DNA of 35,387 bases from Acidobacteriota bacterium. GTDB taxonomy: Bacteria; Acidobacteriota; UBA6911; JACQSX01. The stretch's first letter is position 1; each line of letters begins with the position of its first letter. Positions 8,438 to 18,102 of this stretch are shown here, piece after piece. The position numbers and the translations under genes were made by a program. The stretch spans positions 1-35,387 of the forward strand of contig DASXQR010000177.1 in the NCBI GenBank assembly GCA_036507075.1, given 5' to 3'. The notes below the pieces were generated by a model that saw only the letters and a program-made list of their open reading frames with translations, was not told where the DNA came from and ran no database searches.

Positions 8438-10972
8438 CTATTTCCACTCCATCCCTTCGACCTGCCGCTGCAGTGTCTGGGCGATCTGTTCCGGTTCCGT
8501 GTCCGGCGGAAAGCACTGCGCCGCCCCGATGGTCACTTTGACCTTGCCGGGTACGGCTATTTTCTGCCTCCGCCGCTTGAGCTCAAACAGCCCGTCGATT
8601 CTGATCGGCACCAGGGGGATTTTCAAATTGTTTGCCAGCAGTCCAATGCCGGACTGAAACGGGGCCATTTGACCGGTCTGGGTCCGCACGCCTTCCGGGA
8701 AAATCACCACGCTGAACCGCCGGTCAACCAGCTCGCCGGTAAAAGAAAAACTGCGCCGGAATCCGCTTTGCTTCGGCAGCGGAAACACGTTGAACAGCGC
8801 CACAATCAAAAAATAACTGAGCTGCTCAATTTTGCGGCGAAAAAATGAGATCTCCGGCGGAGGGTGCCGCATGGCGCGCAGCATCTCACCTTCCATTGCT
8901 ACGGCAAGGCGGGTGCGAAAGCGCCCCGGCAAAGCCGCCATCACGTACCCGATGTCCACTGTCGAGATGTGATTGGCGACAATTAAAACAGGTGTGCGGG
9001 TGTCGCGCAGGTTTTCGCGCCCGCGGATGCGAGGCCGGGCCAAGACCATGGTGGCCGGCCAGGCGAGCGAGTAGTACACGGCCAGCCGGATCCATCGCGC
9101 CGGCCAACTCTGTGGCCATCGCGGATAATCATAGCCGGCCCGCTGCAGCGCCGGCTGCCGCACCATCTTCTCCAGATCCTCGAGCGTAGTGGCCGCAGTG
9201 AACTGGTTCTCATTTACATCAATCTGATAGCGGTCCTCAATGGCGCTCAATAGTTCGACCCGATCGATGGAACTGAGGCTCAAATCAGTGCTCAGATTTG
9301 TTTGAGATGAAATCTGCGCGGCCGGCTTTCCCGTAATCCGGCCGATCAAGTCGGCAAGAGTTCCTCCGCGTGATTCCGACACAGTCCCACCGCCGAAAGT
9401 CGCTTCCACTCTTTGCTGCACCAGATCCAGGCGGATTTTCTGTGTTGAGGTGCGGGGAAAATCTTCTTCCGGCCACACCAGCCAGCGCCTCATATGCTGG
9501 TATTCAGCCAAATTCTTGTTTGCGCGCCGCACGGCGTTACCGGCGTCCGCTTCGCGGTTCCTCAGCAGTAAAACCGCGCACGGCTCGGCATTCCCGTCCT
9601 GCTGCAGACCTGCCACAACGCAGTCGCGAATCTCAGGCTGCGCACGCAACGCAGCCTCCAAATCTTCCGGATAGATGTTCATCCCCTCGGCGTTGACGAT
9701 CACATTCTTCTTTCGGCCCTTAAAATAAAGATTGCCGGCGGAATCGATCTCACCGATATCACCCGTTCGGAACCAGCCATGATCTTCCGTTACAGGCTTG
9801 AGTTCCCTGTCCTGCCAGTAGCCGGCGGCGATGTTTTCCCCGCGCACCAGGATTTCCCCGTTTTCATCCAGCTTGACGTCGCGGCCCGGCAACACCTGTC
9901 CGATCGATCCTTTGCCCAGCTTGAACGGGTGATTCACGCTTATCAGAGAGGTCGTTTCAGTCAGCCCGTATCCCTGAATCACCACAAAGCCCAGTCGCGT
10001 CCAGAATATCTCCACTTCCGCGTTCAGCGTGGCGCCGCCGGAGATAAAGGCCCAGAATTTCCATCCGAACTGCCGATGTATGCGGCGAAAGCGCCACCAG
10101 CGTTTGAGGAAATGCTCCTTTTCCGCGGCCGCAAAATCCATGCGAAACTGTTCCAGTTCGCTGCGGCTCTCGGCGTCGCGTTCCACTTTGTCGCGCAGTG
10201 TTTCCAGCAGCCTGGGGACCGTTACAATGACGGAAATCCTCTCGCGCTTGACTGTGTGGATGATTTCGGAAGGATTCAGCGTAGGGTTGAAGATCACCGT
10301 GCCGGCAATCAACTGGGGTATGAAAATTCCCAAGAACTGGCCGAAGACGTGACTCAGCGGAAGCAGATTGAGGAATCGAATGGGATGGAAAAGCCGCTCG
10401 TACTTAAGATACTTTTGAATTTCCGTTTCCAGAGGACCGAGGTTGGCCAGGATGTTTCGATGAGAAATCACCACTCCTTTTGGATCGGCCGTCGTACCGG
10501 AAGTGAAGACAATCTCTACGGTGTCATCCAGGCCCAGACGGGCGGGCGAGTAGCGTTCCCGGCTGTGAGATGAGAGCGTCCCGGCCAGCGAGTCCAGAAT
10601 TAATTCGGGCAAATCGGCGCCGAGGCCGGAATGCCGCGCTGAGCAAACCAATAGACGGGCGTCAACCTGGCCGGCCACCTTGCGCGTGAACTCCGCGGCT
10701 GCGATTTGATCCATCGGGACGGCGACCGCTCCGCGCAGCGCGCAGCCGAAGAAACAAACTACCCATTCGGCGCAGTTTTCGCCCCAGATGATGACTCGAT
10801 CGCCTTTGGCGATGCCGCGGCGCTCGAGTTCCCGCGCAAACTGTGCCGAAGTGTCGGCAATGCGACGGTATGACCAGCGATCGATTCGATAGCCCCGCTG
10901 CTGCACATAGGCGGGCTGTGAATCATGACGGTAAAAATTTTCCAGATACTCGAGAATCGTCTGCCGCGGCAC
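8438..10972 (-). CDS. Long-chain acyl-CoA/ACP ligase + carrier domain + PlsC-type acyltransferase fusion
   Basis: FTSGTTADPKG, GYGLTET, FRTGD; carrier-like DLSLSSIDRVEL; acyltransferase NHISTVD and FPEG. Confidence 0.88.
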   Translation of the reverse strand: MPRQTILEYLENFYRHDSQPAYVQQRGYRIDRWSYRRIADTSAQFARELERRGIAKGDRVIIWGENCAEWVVCFFGCALRGAVAVPMDQIAAAEFTRKVAGQVDARLLVCSARHSGLGADLPELILDSLAGTLSSHSRERYSPARLGLDDTVEIVFTSGTTADPKGVVISHRNILANLGPLETEIQKYLKYERLFHPIRFLNLLPLSHVFGQFLGIFIPQLIAGTVIFNPTLNPSEIIHTVKRERISVIVTVPRLLETLRDKVERDAESRSELEQFRMDFAAAEKEHFLKRWWRFRRIHRQFGWKFWAFISGGATLNAEVEIFWTRLGFVVIQGYGLTETTSLISVNHPFKLGKGSIGQVLPGRDVKLDENGEILVRGENIAAGYWQDRELKPVTEDHGWFRTGDIGEIDSAGNLYFKGRKKNVIVNAEGMNIYPEDLEAALRAQPEIRDCVVAGLQQDGNAEPCAVLLLRNREADAGNAVRRANKNLAEYQHMRRWLVWPEEDFPRTSTQKIRLDLVQQRVEATFGGGTVSESRGGTLADLIGRITGKPAAQISSQTNLSTDLSLSSIDRVELLSAIEDRYQIDVNENQFTAATTLEDLEKMVRQPALQRAGYDYPRWPQSWPARWIRLAVYYSLAWPATMVLARPRIRGRENLRDTRTPVLIVANHISTVDIGYVMAALPGRFRTRLAVAMEGEMLRAMRHPPPEISFFRRKIEQLSYFLIVALFNVFPLPKQSGFRRSFSFTGELVDRRFSVVIFPEGVRTQTGQMAPFQSGIGLLANNLKIPLVPIRIDGLFELKRRRQKIAVPGKVKVTIGAAQCFPPDTEPEQIAQTLQRQVEGMEWK

Positions 10973-11041
10973 ACACGACTCATACCTTAAATCGACCGGG
11001 GACGTCTACTTTGGACTGGTTGGCAGGATGGACCGAAGAAT

Positions 11042-11300
11042 TAGCCGCTGATTTACACGAATTGACACGGATGGAAATAGGCCGCCGATTTACATGAATT
11101 AACACGGAAGGATATCGGGGTTGAGGGATGGGCGGCGATGCTCAGCGTAGCTGACACTCAGTGGCAGCAGAGCCCATCCTTCGGCCCCGATACTAATCAG
11201 CGTAATTCGTGTAAATCAGCGGCCTATTTCCATCCGTGTCAATTCGCGTAAATCAGCGGCCTGCTTCCCATCCGTGTCAATTCGCGTAGATCAGCGGCTA
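11042..11300. repeat. Palindromic element: 2 forward and 3 inverted copies of a 37-38 bp unit around an inner hairpin
   Basis: Unit GCCGCTGATTTACACGAATTGACACGGATGGAAATAG at 11044 and 11081; inverted copies end at 11223, 11260 and 11298; inner stem TATCGGGGTTGAGGGATGGGC/GCCCATCCTTCGGCCCCGATA. Confidence 0.9.
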
Positions 11301-11521
11301 GTTCGGGTTTTGCCGATCATGTGGCGGGCTTTGGAGATAGCAGCCGACTCCGCCTCTTCCCGACTGGGGGCCTCGGATCTGGCCAGATTAGCACCCGGGT
11401 CCACATTGTCGACCGTACAAATATAGTTCGGCCCCAATTTGTAGGATACGATTCGGATGCTCCACTCCCCTTCCTTTTCAATTCGGACCTGGCGATCTTC
11501 CGGCTTCAAAACTTCTGTCAT
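11291..11521 (-). CDS. Small hypothetical protein (76 aa) coupled to the sulfurtransferase
   Basis: ATGA overlap with the upstream stop; contains CTVDNVDPGA. Confidence 0.7.
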   Translation of the reverse strand: MTEVLKPEDRQVRIEKEGEWSIRIVSYKLGPNYICTVDNVDPGANLARSEAPSREEAESAAISKARHMIGKTRTSR

Positions 11522-12369
11522 GGCTGTTCCCCTTTGGCAATCGGCGCGTTGACCAGATTGCCCCACTCGGTCCAGGAGCCGTCATAATTGGTCACTTTGG
11601 GATATCCGAGCAGGTACTTGAGCACGAACCAGGAAAGGCTGGAGCGCTCTCCGATGCGGCAATAGGCGATTACCTCCTTGTCCGGAGTAACGCCCGCGCT
11701 TTCATACATTTTCTTCAAATCGTCGGCCGACTTGAACGTTCCATCCTCGTTGCAGTTCTTTCCCCAGGGAATACTTGCGGCCCCCGGTATATGCCCGCCG
11801 CGCTGGCACGTTTCCGGCAGTCCGGGGGGGCTGAGGATTTTACCGCTGTACTCGTCGGGCGAACGCACATCCACCAGCGCCGCTCTTTTCTTAGCTGAGG
11901 CTTCCATGGTCTGCTGCAAAAAAGCGCGAATGGAATTGTCCGGGCCGCTGGCTTTGTATGACTTTGCCGCGTATTCTGCCGGCCCTTTGGAAAGAGGACG
12001 CCCTTCCTCGATCCATTTTTTTCGCCCGCCGTTCATGATGCGCGCGTCCTTATGGCCGAAAATCTTCAGTTGCCACAGAGCCCAGCAGGCAAACCAATTG
12101 TTGTTGTCACCGTAGATGATAATGGTCGTATTGTTGTCTATTCCAGATTCCGAGAGCAGCTTTTCGAGTTGATCCCTAGGAATAACGTCGCGCCGCACGG
12201 TATCGCAAAGCTGGCTCTGCCAGTTCCATCCGATGGCCCCTTCAACATGGCCTTCATCGTAAGCTTTGGTATCAACATCGACTTCCACTACTCGAACATT
12301 TGGATCCTTCTTGTGCTGCTCTACCCACTCGGTCGAAACCAGAACCTCAGAATTGGCATAATTGGCCAT
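11518..12369 (-). CDS. Tandem-rhodanese thiosulfate sulfurtransferase (CysA/SseA type)
   Basis: LVSTEWV, GHVEGA, active site YCRIGERS, NYDGSWTEW; GGAGG RBS before ATG 12369. Confidence 0.92.
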   Translation of the reverse strand: MANYANSEVLVSTEWVEQHKKDPNVRVVEVDVDTKAYDEGHVEGAIGWNWQSQLCDTVRRDVIPRDQLEKLLSESGIDNNTTIIIYGDNNNWFACWALWQLKIFGHKDARIMNGGRKKWIEEGRPLSKGPAEYAAKSYKASGPDNSIRAFLQQTMEASAKKRAALVDVRSPDEYSGKILSPPGLPETCQRGGHIPGAASIPWGKNCNEDGTFKSADDLKKMYESAGVTPDKEVIAYCRIGERSSLSWFVLKYLLGYPKVTNYDGSWTEWGNLVNAPIAKGEQP

Positions 12370-12446
12370 ATTGCACCTCCGTTGGTCGTTGCTCAATTTC
12401 GAAAATCCACAATAGGAGGCCCTTATTATAGATAAGCTTAGCTCAG

Positions 12447-12523
12447 AAATTCACCACAAAGACACAAAGGCCACGAAGAGGCTTTTAACTTCTTTGTGCC
12501 TTTGTGTCTTTGGTGGTGAATTT
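12447..12523. repeat. Inverted repeat, ACCACAAAG family
   Basis: AAATTCACCACAAAGACACAAAGG ... CCTTTGTGTCTTTGGTGGTGAATTT. Confidence 0.9.
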
Positions 12524-12566
12524 TTTTCATACGTTCCAGCGCCGGTGGCGTTATTCCTTTGCCGGT

Positions 12567-12593
12567 TAACACTATACTGAGGCGCGCGTCTAA
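12567..12593 (+). promoter_or_regulatory. Candidate ECF promoter
   Basis: TAAC-N16-CGTCTAA upstream of the first ECF gene. Confidence 0.45.
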
Positions 12594-12665
12594 CGAATTG
12601 GGAAGCACCTCGGCGGCTCTGGGAAACAGGGGTGGTAAAGCGCTCGGCGGTCTGTTCGGGCCCGG

Positions 12666-13346
12666 ATGCGTGTGCCGGTGTCAATGGCAAGTGCCTGCCT
12701 CCTGAATGTTCATAATGTGAAAACGCCTTCCGTGACGGCAATTTACGACGACCAGCGACTGGTGGACGCGGCGCGCGAAGGGGATCGGGCAGCATTTGGA
12801 GAGCTCTATAAACGTTACTGTCGAATGGTTCACGGGATTCTTTTGGCGCGGGTTCCCCCGTCAGAGGCCGCGGATCTGGTGCAGGAGGTATTCCTTACGG
12901 CGCTTCGCAAGCTCGAAACACTGCGCGCCGCAAATGCCTTCGGTGGCTGGCTTGCCATGATTGCGCGAAATCGAGCCGTCGATTACTACCGCCGTGCGGA
13001 GGACACAGAAGAGATTTCAGAAGAAATCCCGGCGTCTAACCGCCCGTCGGCCGAAGCAGCAGAGGCACTTGAGATCATCCGCCTGCTGCCGGGCACCTAT
13101 CGCGAAACGCTTATCATGCGATTAGTCCAGGGAATGACAGGCCCGGAAATTGCCGCCGTGACAGGGCTCGCTCCCGCTTCCGTGCGCGTGAATCTACATC
13201 GAGGAATGAAATTGTTGAGAGAAAGGCTTTCCTGCCGCAACACCGGCAGGGGTGAAAAAAGAATGGATCGCCATACAAAAGAAGGCACGCTGACACCAGG
13301 AGAGACTCGATCCGCGCTTTTGCCGGAAGAGGGAAAACGCCCATGA
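12666..13346 (+). CDS. ECF sigma factor (start uncertain)
   Basis: GDRAAFGELY, AADLVQEVF, WLAMIARNRAVD and region 4 EIA...SVRVNLHRG. Confidence 0.88.
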   Translation: MRVPVSMASACLLNVHNVKTPSVTAIYDDQRLVDAAREGDRAAFGELYKRYCRMVHGILLARVPPSEAADLVQEVFLTALRKLETLRAANAFGGWLAMIARNRAVDYYRRAEDTEEISEEIPASNRPSAEAAEALEIIRLLPGTYRETLIMRLVQGMTGPEIAAVTGLAPASVRVNLHRGMKLLRERLSCRNTGRGEKRMDRHTKEGTLTPGETRSALLPEEGKRP

Positions 13347-14362
13347 GCGATGATTATTTGTGGAATGGCTCCGGCGAACCCGATCTCGAAACGACGCGGT
13401 TAGAAGAGCTTCTGTCAGTTTACCGGTATGATCCAAAACCGCAACTGGAAGCTCGTCTCCATCGTGTTTCCCCTGCCAGGCGCTTTCATTCGCGATTTTT
13501 CTCACCGCTTGCCGCCGCGGCGCTTCTGTTTCTGGTGACTGCAAGCATAATCTTGAACTTCAATCTCCCAGCCCCTTCATGGCAGGTTTCCCGGCTGGAA
13601 GGCCGGCCCAGAGTGGGCAATGGAATAATCGCAGCAACAGGTGTCATTTCGGAGGGCGATTGGCTGGAAACGGACAGCGACTCACGGGCCAGAATCGACG
13701 TGGGGCGGATTGGCGAAGTGCAGGTGGAGCCGAACACGCGCATTCGCATGCTGCAGGGGCGTCGCAGCGAACACCGGCTGGAACTGGCCCGCGGCACAAT
13801 GCACGCCACCATCTGGGCCCCGCCCCGCTTTTTCTTTGTCAACACGCCTTCGGCCGTAGCCACCGATCTTGGATGCGCCTACACGCTGGAAGTAGGGGAC
13901 GACGGCACCTCCGTTCTCCTTGTTTCAACCGGATGGGTCGGTTTTGAATCGGCTGGAAGAGAATCCTTTGTTCCCGCAGGAGGGGTTTGCGTCAGCCGTC
14001 CGGGCGGACCGCCCGGCACGCCCTACATGGGAGACGCATCGGATGTCTTTGTTGCGGCGCTGAAGGTTTTAGACTTTGAAAGAACCGGCGCAGACGAAAG
14101 AGACAAGGCTCTTGCGACCTTGCTTTCCGAGGCAAAAAGCAGCGACGGGTTGACGCTTTGGCATTTGCTGGGACGCGTGAGTGAGGTTGAGCGCGGCCGG
14201 GTCTATGACCGCATGGCAGCTCTGATCACCCCCGACAAGGGAATAACACGGGAGGGCATCCTGAAGCTTGACAACCGGATGCTCGATCTCTGGTGGAACC
14301 AGCTCGGCCTGGGAAGCACCGGTTGGTGGCGGTTGTGGAAGGGACCCTCGCCGTTCAAATGA
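13343..14362 (+). CDS. FecR-like membrane anti-sigma factor
   Basis: ATGA overlap with the sigma gene, one TM segment, FecR-like FFVNTPSAVATDLGCAY. Confidence 0.75.
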   Translation: MSDDYLWNGSGEPDLETTRLEELLSVYRYDPKPQLEARLHRVSPARRFHSRFFSPLAAAALLFLVTASIILNFNLPAPSWQVSRLEGRPRVGNGIIAATGVISEGDWLETDSDSRARIDVGRIGEVQVEPNTRIRMLQGRRSEHRLELARGTMHATIWAPPRFFFVNTPSAVATDLGCAYTLEVGDDGTSVLLVSTGWVGFESAGRESFVPAGGVCVSRPGGPPGTPYMGDASDVFVAALKVLDFERTGADERDKALATLLSEAKSSDGLTLWHLLGRVSEVERGRVYDRMAALITPDKGITREGILKLDNRMLDLWWNQLGLGSTGWWRLWKGPSPFK

Positions 14363-14379
14363 AAGTCGGTTGAGCCTCT

Positions 14380-14874
14380 ACGGCCACGTCACTGCTGTCC
14401 AAATTAGCCAGGCTTGTATCTCATGTTACTTTTCCTCGATACTGATTGAATTCTGTGCCCGGCCCGTGTCCAGGCCTTTCCAAACACGATACGGCCGACC
14501 TAAAGCCCGCCGCCTTTTGGGCGGGCGTCAGCCTGTGGCCCATGGCGGAGCGAAGCGGAGCCGTGGGAACGGCAGCATTCAACTCGATAAAGCCCGCCGT
14601 CTTTCTTTGGGGCGGGCGACAGCAGTCGATGCTGGGGAGAAAAGGAGCGGACAAGGATTACGCGAATGGTCCGTGCCGGCGGCTGTCGCCCTGAAAAAGC
14701 GGGCGGGCTAATCTCATCAGAGAGTCGCAATTCCCACGGCTGCGCTTCGCTCCGCCGTGGGCCACAGGCTGAACGCCCGCCAAAAGGCGGCGGGCTAGTG
14801 AGCGACTGCTATTTTAACTAATCTCACTCTCGCAACTCAAAAAGCTAATTTGGACAGGAATGACGGCCACGTCA
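14380..14874. mobile_element. Non-coding composite MITE/REPIN-like element with three nested inverted repeats
   Basis: 14-bp IR 14395-14408/14844-14857; about 66-bp IR 14504-14569/14731-14796; inner IR 14591-14623/14682-14709; flanking direct 12-mers at 14380 and 14863. Mobility is inferred. Confidence 0.65.
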
Positions 14875-14928
14875 ATGTCCACGAAAGTACGCGCCAAAAA
14901 AGGCGCACCTGGTCCCTGCCCGACTACC

Positions 14929-15759
14929 TCAACGAGCCGCGAATTCGACTTTCACCTCGGGGGAAAGCTCGACTTTAATGCCCTTGATGTCCTTGAGAAA
15001 GCGCTTGGCGTCTTCGGGATTCTTTGTCAGGCTCAGCTGCGTCAGGGCAGTTTCATTGGAAAGCAGCGCTTCGAAATTCACGTCCAGCAATGTCACCGTG
15101 GAACCCTCCACATAAGTCGCGTTGGTTTTCTTCAATCGCCCGTCGATCTCAAGCATCCGGCTGATCCGGAATCCCTTCAAAAAATTCTTGAGCTGTGCCA
15201 ACTCAGCTCCGCCCGGCTCCGGCTTGGGAGCCGCAGAGGGAGTGTCACTAGATGATTTTGTGACATTTGAGGGCGGATTAATGATCGTCAGCAGCGACGA
15301 ACCGTCAGATTGCCGAGCGAATCGAAAAGTCACATCCTCGCCGGAAGCGCTATCCTGCGGCCCCCCGGGAGTGGGAGTGCTGGGCTTTTCGCTGATCCGG
15401 AGCCGGCTGATGTCGGCAAACTGATAGGTTGCGCGCAATCCCTCCGAGTCAGACGTCTTGATCTTTTCGCTGGAAACAAAGGTCACGCCCTGGCCCATCT
15501 TCGACACCTTGGCGCGCGCATCTTTTTCCGAAAAAAGATCGCCCGCCATGTCCTTTTCCGAAGATTCCTTTCCGCCTATCTCTTTGGCCATGCCGGAAAC
15601 CATTCCCTTCATCATGCCAACCATTTCCGAGCTCATGGCAGTGGTTTCGACAATAGTGCCGCTGCCGTCCGGCTTCAGCCGGATGACGGTTGTGGACGAA
15701 ATGCACCCTGTCAACGACAGGGCAATGATCAAAAGGATAACCATAGTTGCGGTTCTCAT
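14929..15759 (-). CDS. Hypothetical lipoprotein
   Basis: AGGAGG RBS; signal peptide with lipobox LTGC; followed by IRLKPDGSGT. Confidence 0.75.
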   Translation of the reverse strand: MRTATMVILLIIALSLTGCISSTTVIRLKPDGSGTIVETTAMSSEMVGMMKGMVSGMAKEIGGKESSEKDMAGDLFSEKDARAKVSKMGQGVTFVSSEKIKTSDSEGLRATYQFADISRLRISEKPSTPTPGGPQDSASGEDVTFRFARQSDGSSLLTIINPPSNVTKSSSDTPSAAPKPEPGGAELAQLKNFLKGFRISRMLEIDGRLKKTNATYVEGSTVTLLDVNFEALLSNETALTQLSLTKNPEDAKRFLKDIKGIKVELSPEVKVEFAAR

Positions 15760-15815
15760 CGTGCCTCCTGGATTCGCTACTCTAGAGGTTGGGGGGACGC
15801 TTGGCAAGTTCTTGA

Positions 15816-15960
15816 ATCACGAAAAGAGGGAGCCGCGAGGGCGCGAAAGCGCGAAAAATAAAAGGTTCCGTGACTTCCAAGGCTGCGCTAAGTACCGTGA
15901 TATCAATCTTTTGCTAAATTGAAACACCAGGCATTCCTCCTTTCACGTCTTCGCGGTGAG
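15816..15960. repeat. Degenerate palindromic element, CCGCGAAG 9-mer family
   Basis: GCCGCGAGGGCGCGAAAGCGCGAAA (15832-15856) and inverted CCTTTCACGTCTTCGCGGTGAG (15939-15960). Confidence 0.55.
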
Positions 15961-16015
15961 TTTTTTATCCCAACGACATTCCTCCCTTTCGCGTTTATTT
16001 GATAGAAAAGGGCAG

Positions 16016-16573
16016 ATGAAGAGCAGGCAGGTGATCGAAGAATCAAATGCAGACCTTGCCACCCTGATCGAACAGGCACAGGAAGGAGATCGGGGCGCTT
16101 TCGACCGCCTGATCGGATTGTTTGAAAAAAACGTAATGAAGACAGCATTTTATCTAACAGGAAACCTGCCCGACGCCCAGGACGTCGCACAGGAGGTCTA
16201 CATCAAGATCTTCCGACATATTGGGAGCGTGCGCCGGGATGGCGGCATTGAGGGCTGGGTTTACCGGATCACGGTCAACGCGGCTCGCGACTGGCATAGA
16301 AGAAAAAGGCCATGGGAGCCGCTCAGCGACCTCTTTTTTGCGCCCGCCAGGCGCGACCCGGTTTTGGGAGGGGAGTTGAAAGGAAGGCTCCTGACGGCAC
16401 TGCGAAGGTTGACATTTCAGGAACGCGTCTGCTTTGTCTCCAGGGAACTCAGGGAGATGACAACTTCCGACGTGGCGGCCGCGCTCGACTGCTCGCAGGC
16501 AACAGTTCGCGGGCACTTGTTCAGCGCGCGCAAGAAGCTTCAAAAGCATTTCCGGGATTTCTGGGAGGAGTGA
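16016..16573 (+). CDS. ECF sigma factor
   Basis: GDRGAFDRL, DAQDVAQEVY, WVYRITVNAARD and TVRGHLFSARKKL. Confidence 0.9.
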   Translation: MKSRQVIEESNADLATLIEQAQEGDRGAFDRLIGLFEKNVMKTAFYLTGNLPDAQDVAQEVYIKIFRHIGSVRRDGGIEGWVYRITVNAARDWHRRKRPWEPLSDLFFAPARRDPVLGGELKGRLLTALRRLTFQERVCFVSRELREMTTSDVAAALDCSQATVRGHLFSARKKLQKHFRDFWEE

Positions 16574-17106
16574 TGAATCGCTTTCTCAAGAAAGAGTGGG
16601 ATGACGCGGAAATACCCGCATCGGCATATATGCGCGCGCGCAACAACGCCTGGTCGGCAATCCAGGGCAATAGGCCACGCCGGCGAAACGCATTGGTCCC
16701 GGCTGCGATTTTGGCCGGCGGCATCCTGACCCTTGTGTTCCTGGTTGTACAGCTTGATAACGCCGGTCGTCATGCAAACGGAACCGCGGCCAGGAAAGAA
16801 GGCACTCGCAAACCTGTGGCTTCCACATCTACGGTCACAGCAGTCGCCGCAGTTCCGTCCTCTGCGCCTGCAAATCGAAAAGAACCAATCGCGCCCGCAG
16901 CCGCCGTGCTCGCGGGCCGACGGCGGGATCGGCTGGACAGAGAAACCAAACCTGGGTTAAACAGAGCAAATTTCCCTGCGCAGCCGGCGCAGCCGGCAAA
17001 CGCGGCACCCGAAAGACTGGTCATGAATTTCACTTTACCCGAATCTGGTGTTCGTGTGATTTGGACGCTGGAGAAGGATTTCAGAATTGATGGAGAAATG
17101 CGATGA
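16573..17106 (+). CDS. Putative single-pass membrane anti-sigma factor
   Basis: TGATG overlap with the sigma gene, GGAGGAG RBS, one TM segment, Ala/Pro-rich linker. Confidence 0.6.
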   Translation: MNRFLKKEWDDAEIPASAYMRARNNAWSAIQGNRPRRRNALVPAAILAGGILTLVFLVVQLDNAGRHANGTAARKEGTRKPVASTSTVTAVAAVPSSAPANRKEPIAPAAAVLAGRRRDRLDRETKPGLNRANFPAQPAQPANAAPERLVMNFTLPESGVRVIWTLEKDFRIDGEMR

Positions 17107-17864
17107 GAGCAAAATACTCTCTGATAATTGCCCTGGTTTTTTCATTGATCAGCGTCAAAGGCCTTGCACAAGCAACCCCCGAGGCGGAGGCCGCCGTCAA
17201 AAAGATTAAAGCCGCGGAAAAAGTCACTAGAGTTTACGAGGTAAAGTCTCGCGACGCGGTCGAGTTGGCGGGATTGTTGGAAGGCTTTCAGGCAAGAATA
17301 GTAGCCAACAGCTCGTTCAACACCGTGACGGTGACAGCGGTCGAAGAAGACCAGGGAGTGATCGCGGGACTGATCCGCAGATTTGATACGCCGCAACGCA
17401 TGATCGACTTGCAGTTTTACGTGGTCAGAGCATCCAAAGGCGGAACGGGTATCAAAGACGGGGTGCCGCCCAATATCCGAAAAGTGATTGAAGAGCTGGC
17501 ATCGCTGACCCGCTACGACAGCTTTGAGTTGGTGGACTCGCCGGTGATTCGCGTAGATGAAGGCCGGGTGGAGGCTGAGTCGAGCGGAAAAGTCAAAATC
17601 TCGGTGCGCTTCCCGCGAGTCATTTCCGCCGATCAGAAACGTCAGATTGCTGTGGGAAATTTTAGCTGCAGTCTTTGGTTTCCGGAGAAGAATATCGACG
17701 GAAAAGTGATGCGAGAACAGAGAGTGAACGAGTTGCGCTCTTCCTTTACGGTTGCCGATGGAGAAACAATAGTACTGGGAAGCAGCCGGTTGGGAGGCGG
17801 TGCTTCAGGGTCGGCAAATGACGACGCCATCGTCACCGTGGTTACCGGAAAGGTCTTGAAGTAG
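17103..17864 (+). CDS. Exported protein resembling a secretin N-domain with a short secretin-like C-terminal part
   Basis: Signal peptide; TRVYEVKSRDAVELAGLL...NTVTV...IRRFDTPQRMIDLQ; SSFTVADGETIVLG. Confidence 0.6.
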   Translation: MRAKYSLIIALVFSLISVKGLAQATPEAEAAVKKIKAAEKVTRVYEVKSRDAVELAGLLEGFQARIVANSSFNTVTVTAVEEDQGVIAGLIRRFDTPQRMIDLQFYVVRASKGGTGIKDGVPPNIRKVIEELASLTRYDSFELVDSPVIRVDEGRVEAESSGKVKISVRFPRVISADQKRQIAVGNFSCSLWFPEKNIDGKVMREQRVNELRSSFTVADGETIVLGSSRLGGGASGSANDDAIVTVVTGKVLK

Positions 17865-18092
17865 TGTCGAATGTCGAGTGACGAGTATCGAGTGGGGAGT
17901 GATAAGGGCGAATATCGAGTGATTCAATCGACGCCCCAATGTTTGAAAGTTGAAGATTTGATTACCTTAAAACGTCCCTCGACATAGTCGACACTGCAAA
18001 TTCGACACTCGGCGCTCACTGGGCGCTCGTCCCCCGCCACCCGCTACTCGCCCACTTGTCCCTCGTCACTCGACACTCGCCACTCGCCACTT
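17865..18092. repeat. Palindromic element with CGAGTGN heptamer arms
   Basis: GTCGAATGTCGAGTGACGAGTATCGAGTG at 17866-17921 and inverted CTCGTCACTCGACACTCGCCACTCGCCAC runs at 17978-18091. Confidence 0.8.
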
Positions 18093-18102
18093 CCCAACGC
18101 CA

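Noticed and set aside
11042..11300. Possible CRISPR array (37-bp repeats)
   Set aside because: Units abut without unique spacers, occur in both orientations, and no cas genes are present.
14380..14874. Direct 12-mers as a target-site duplication of an IS
   Set aside because: They do not abut the inverted repeats, the 12-mer also occurs at 3280, and there is no transposase.
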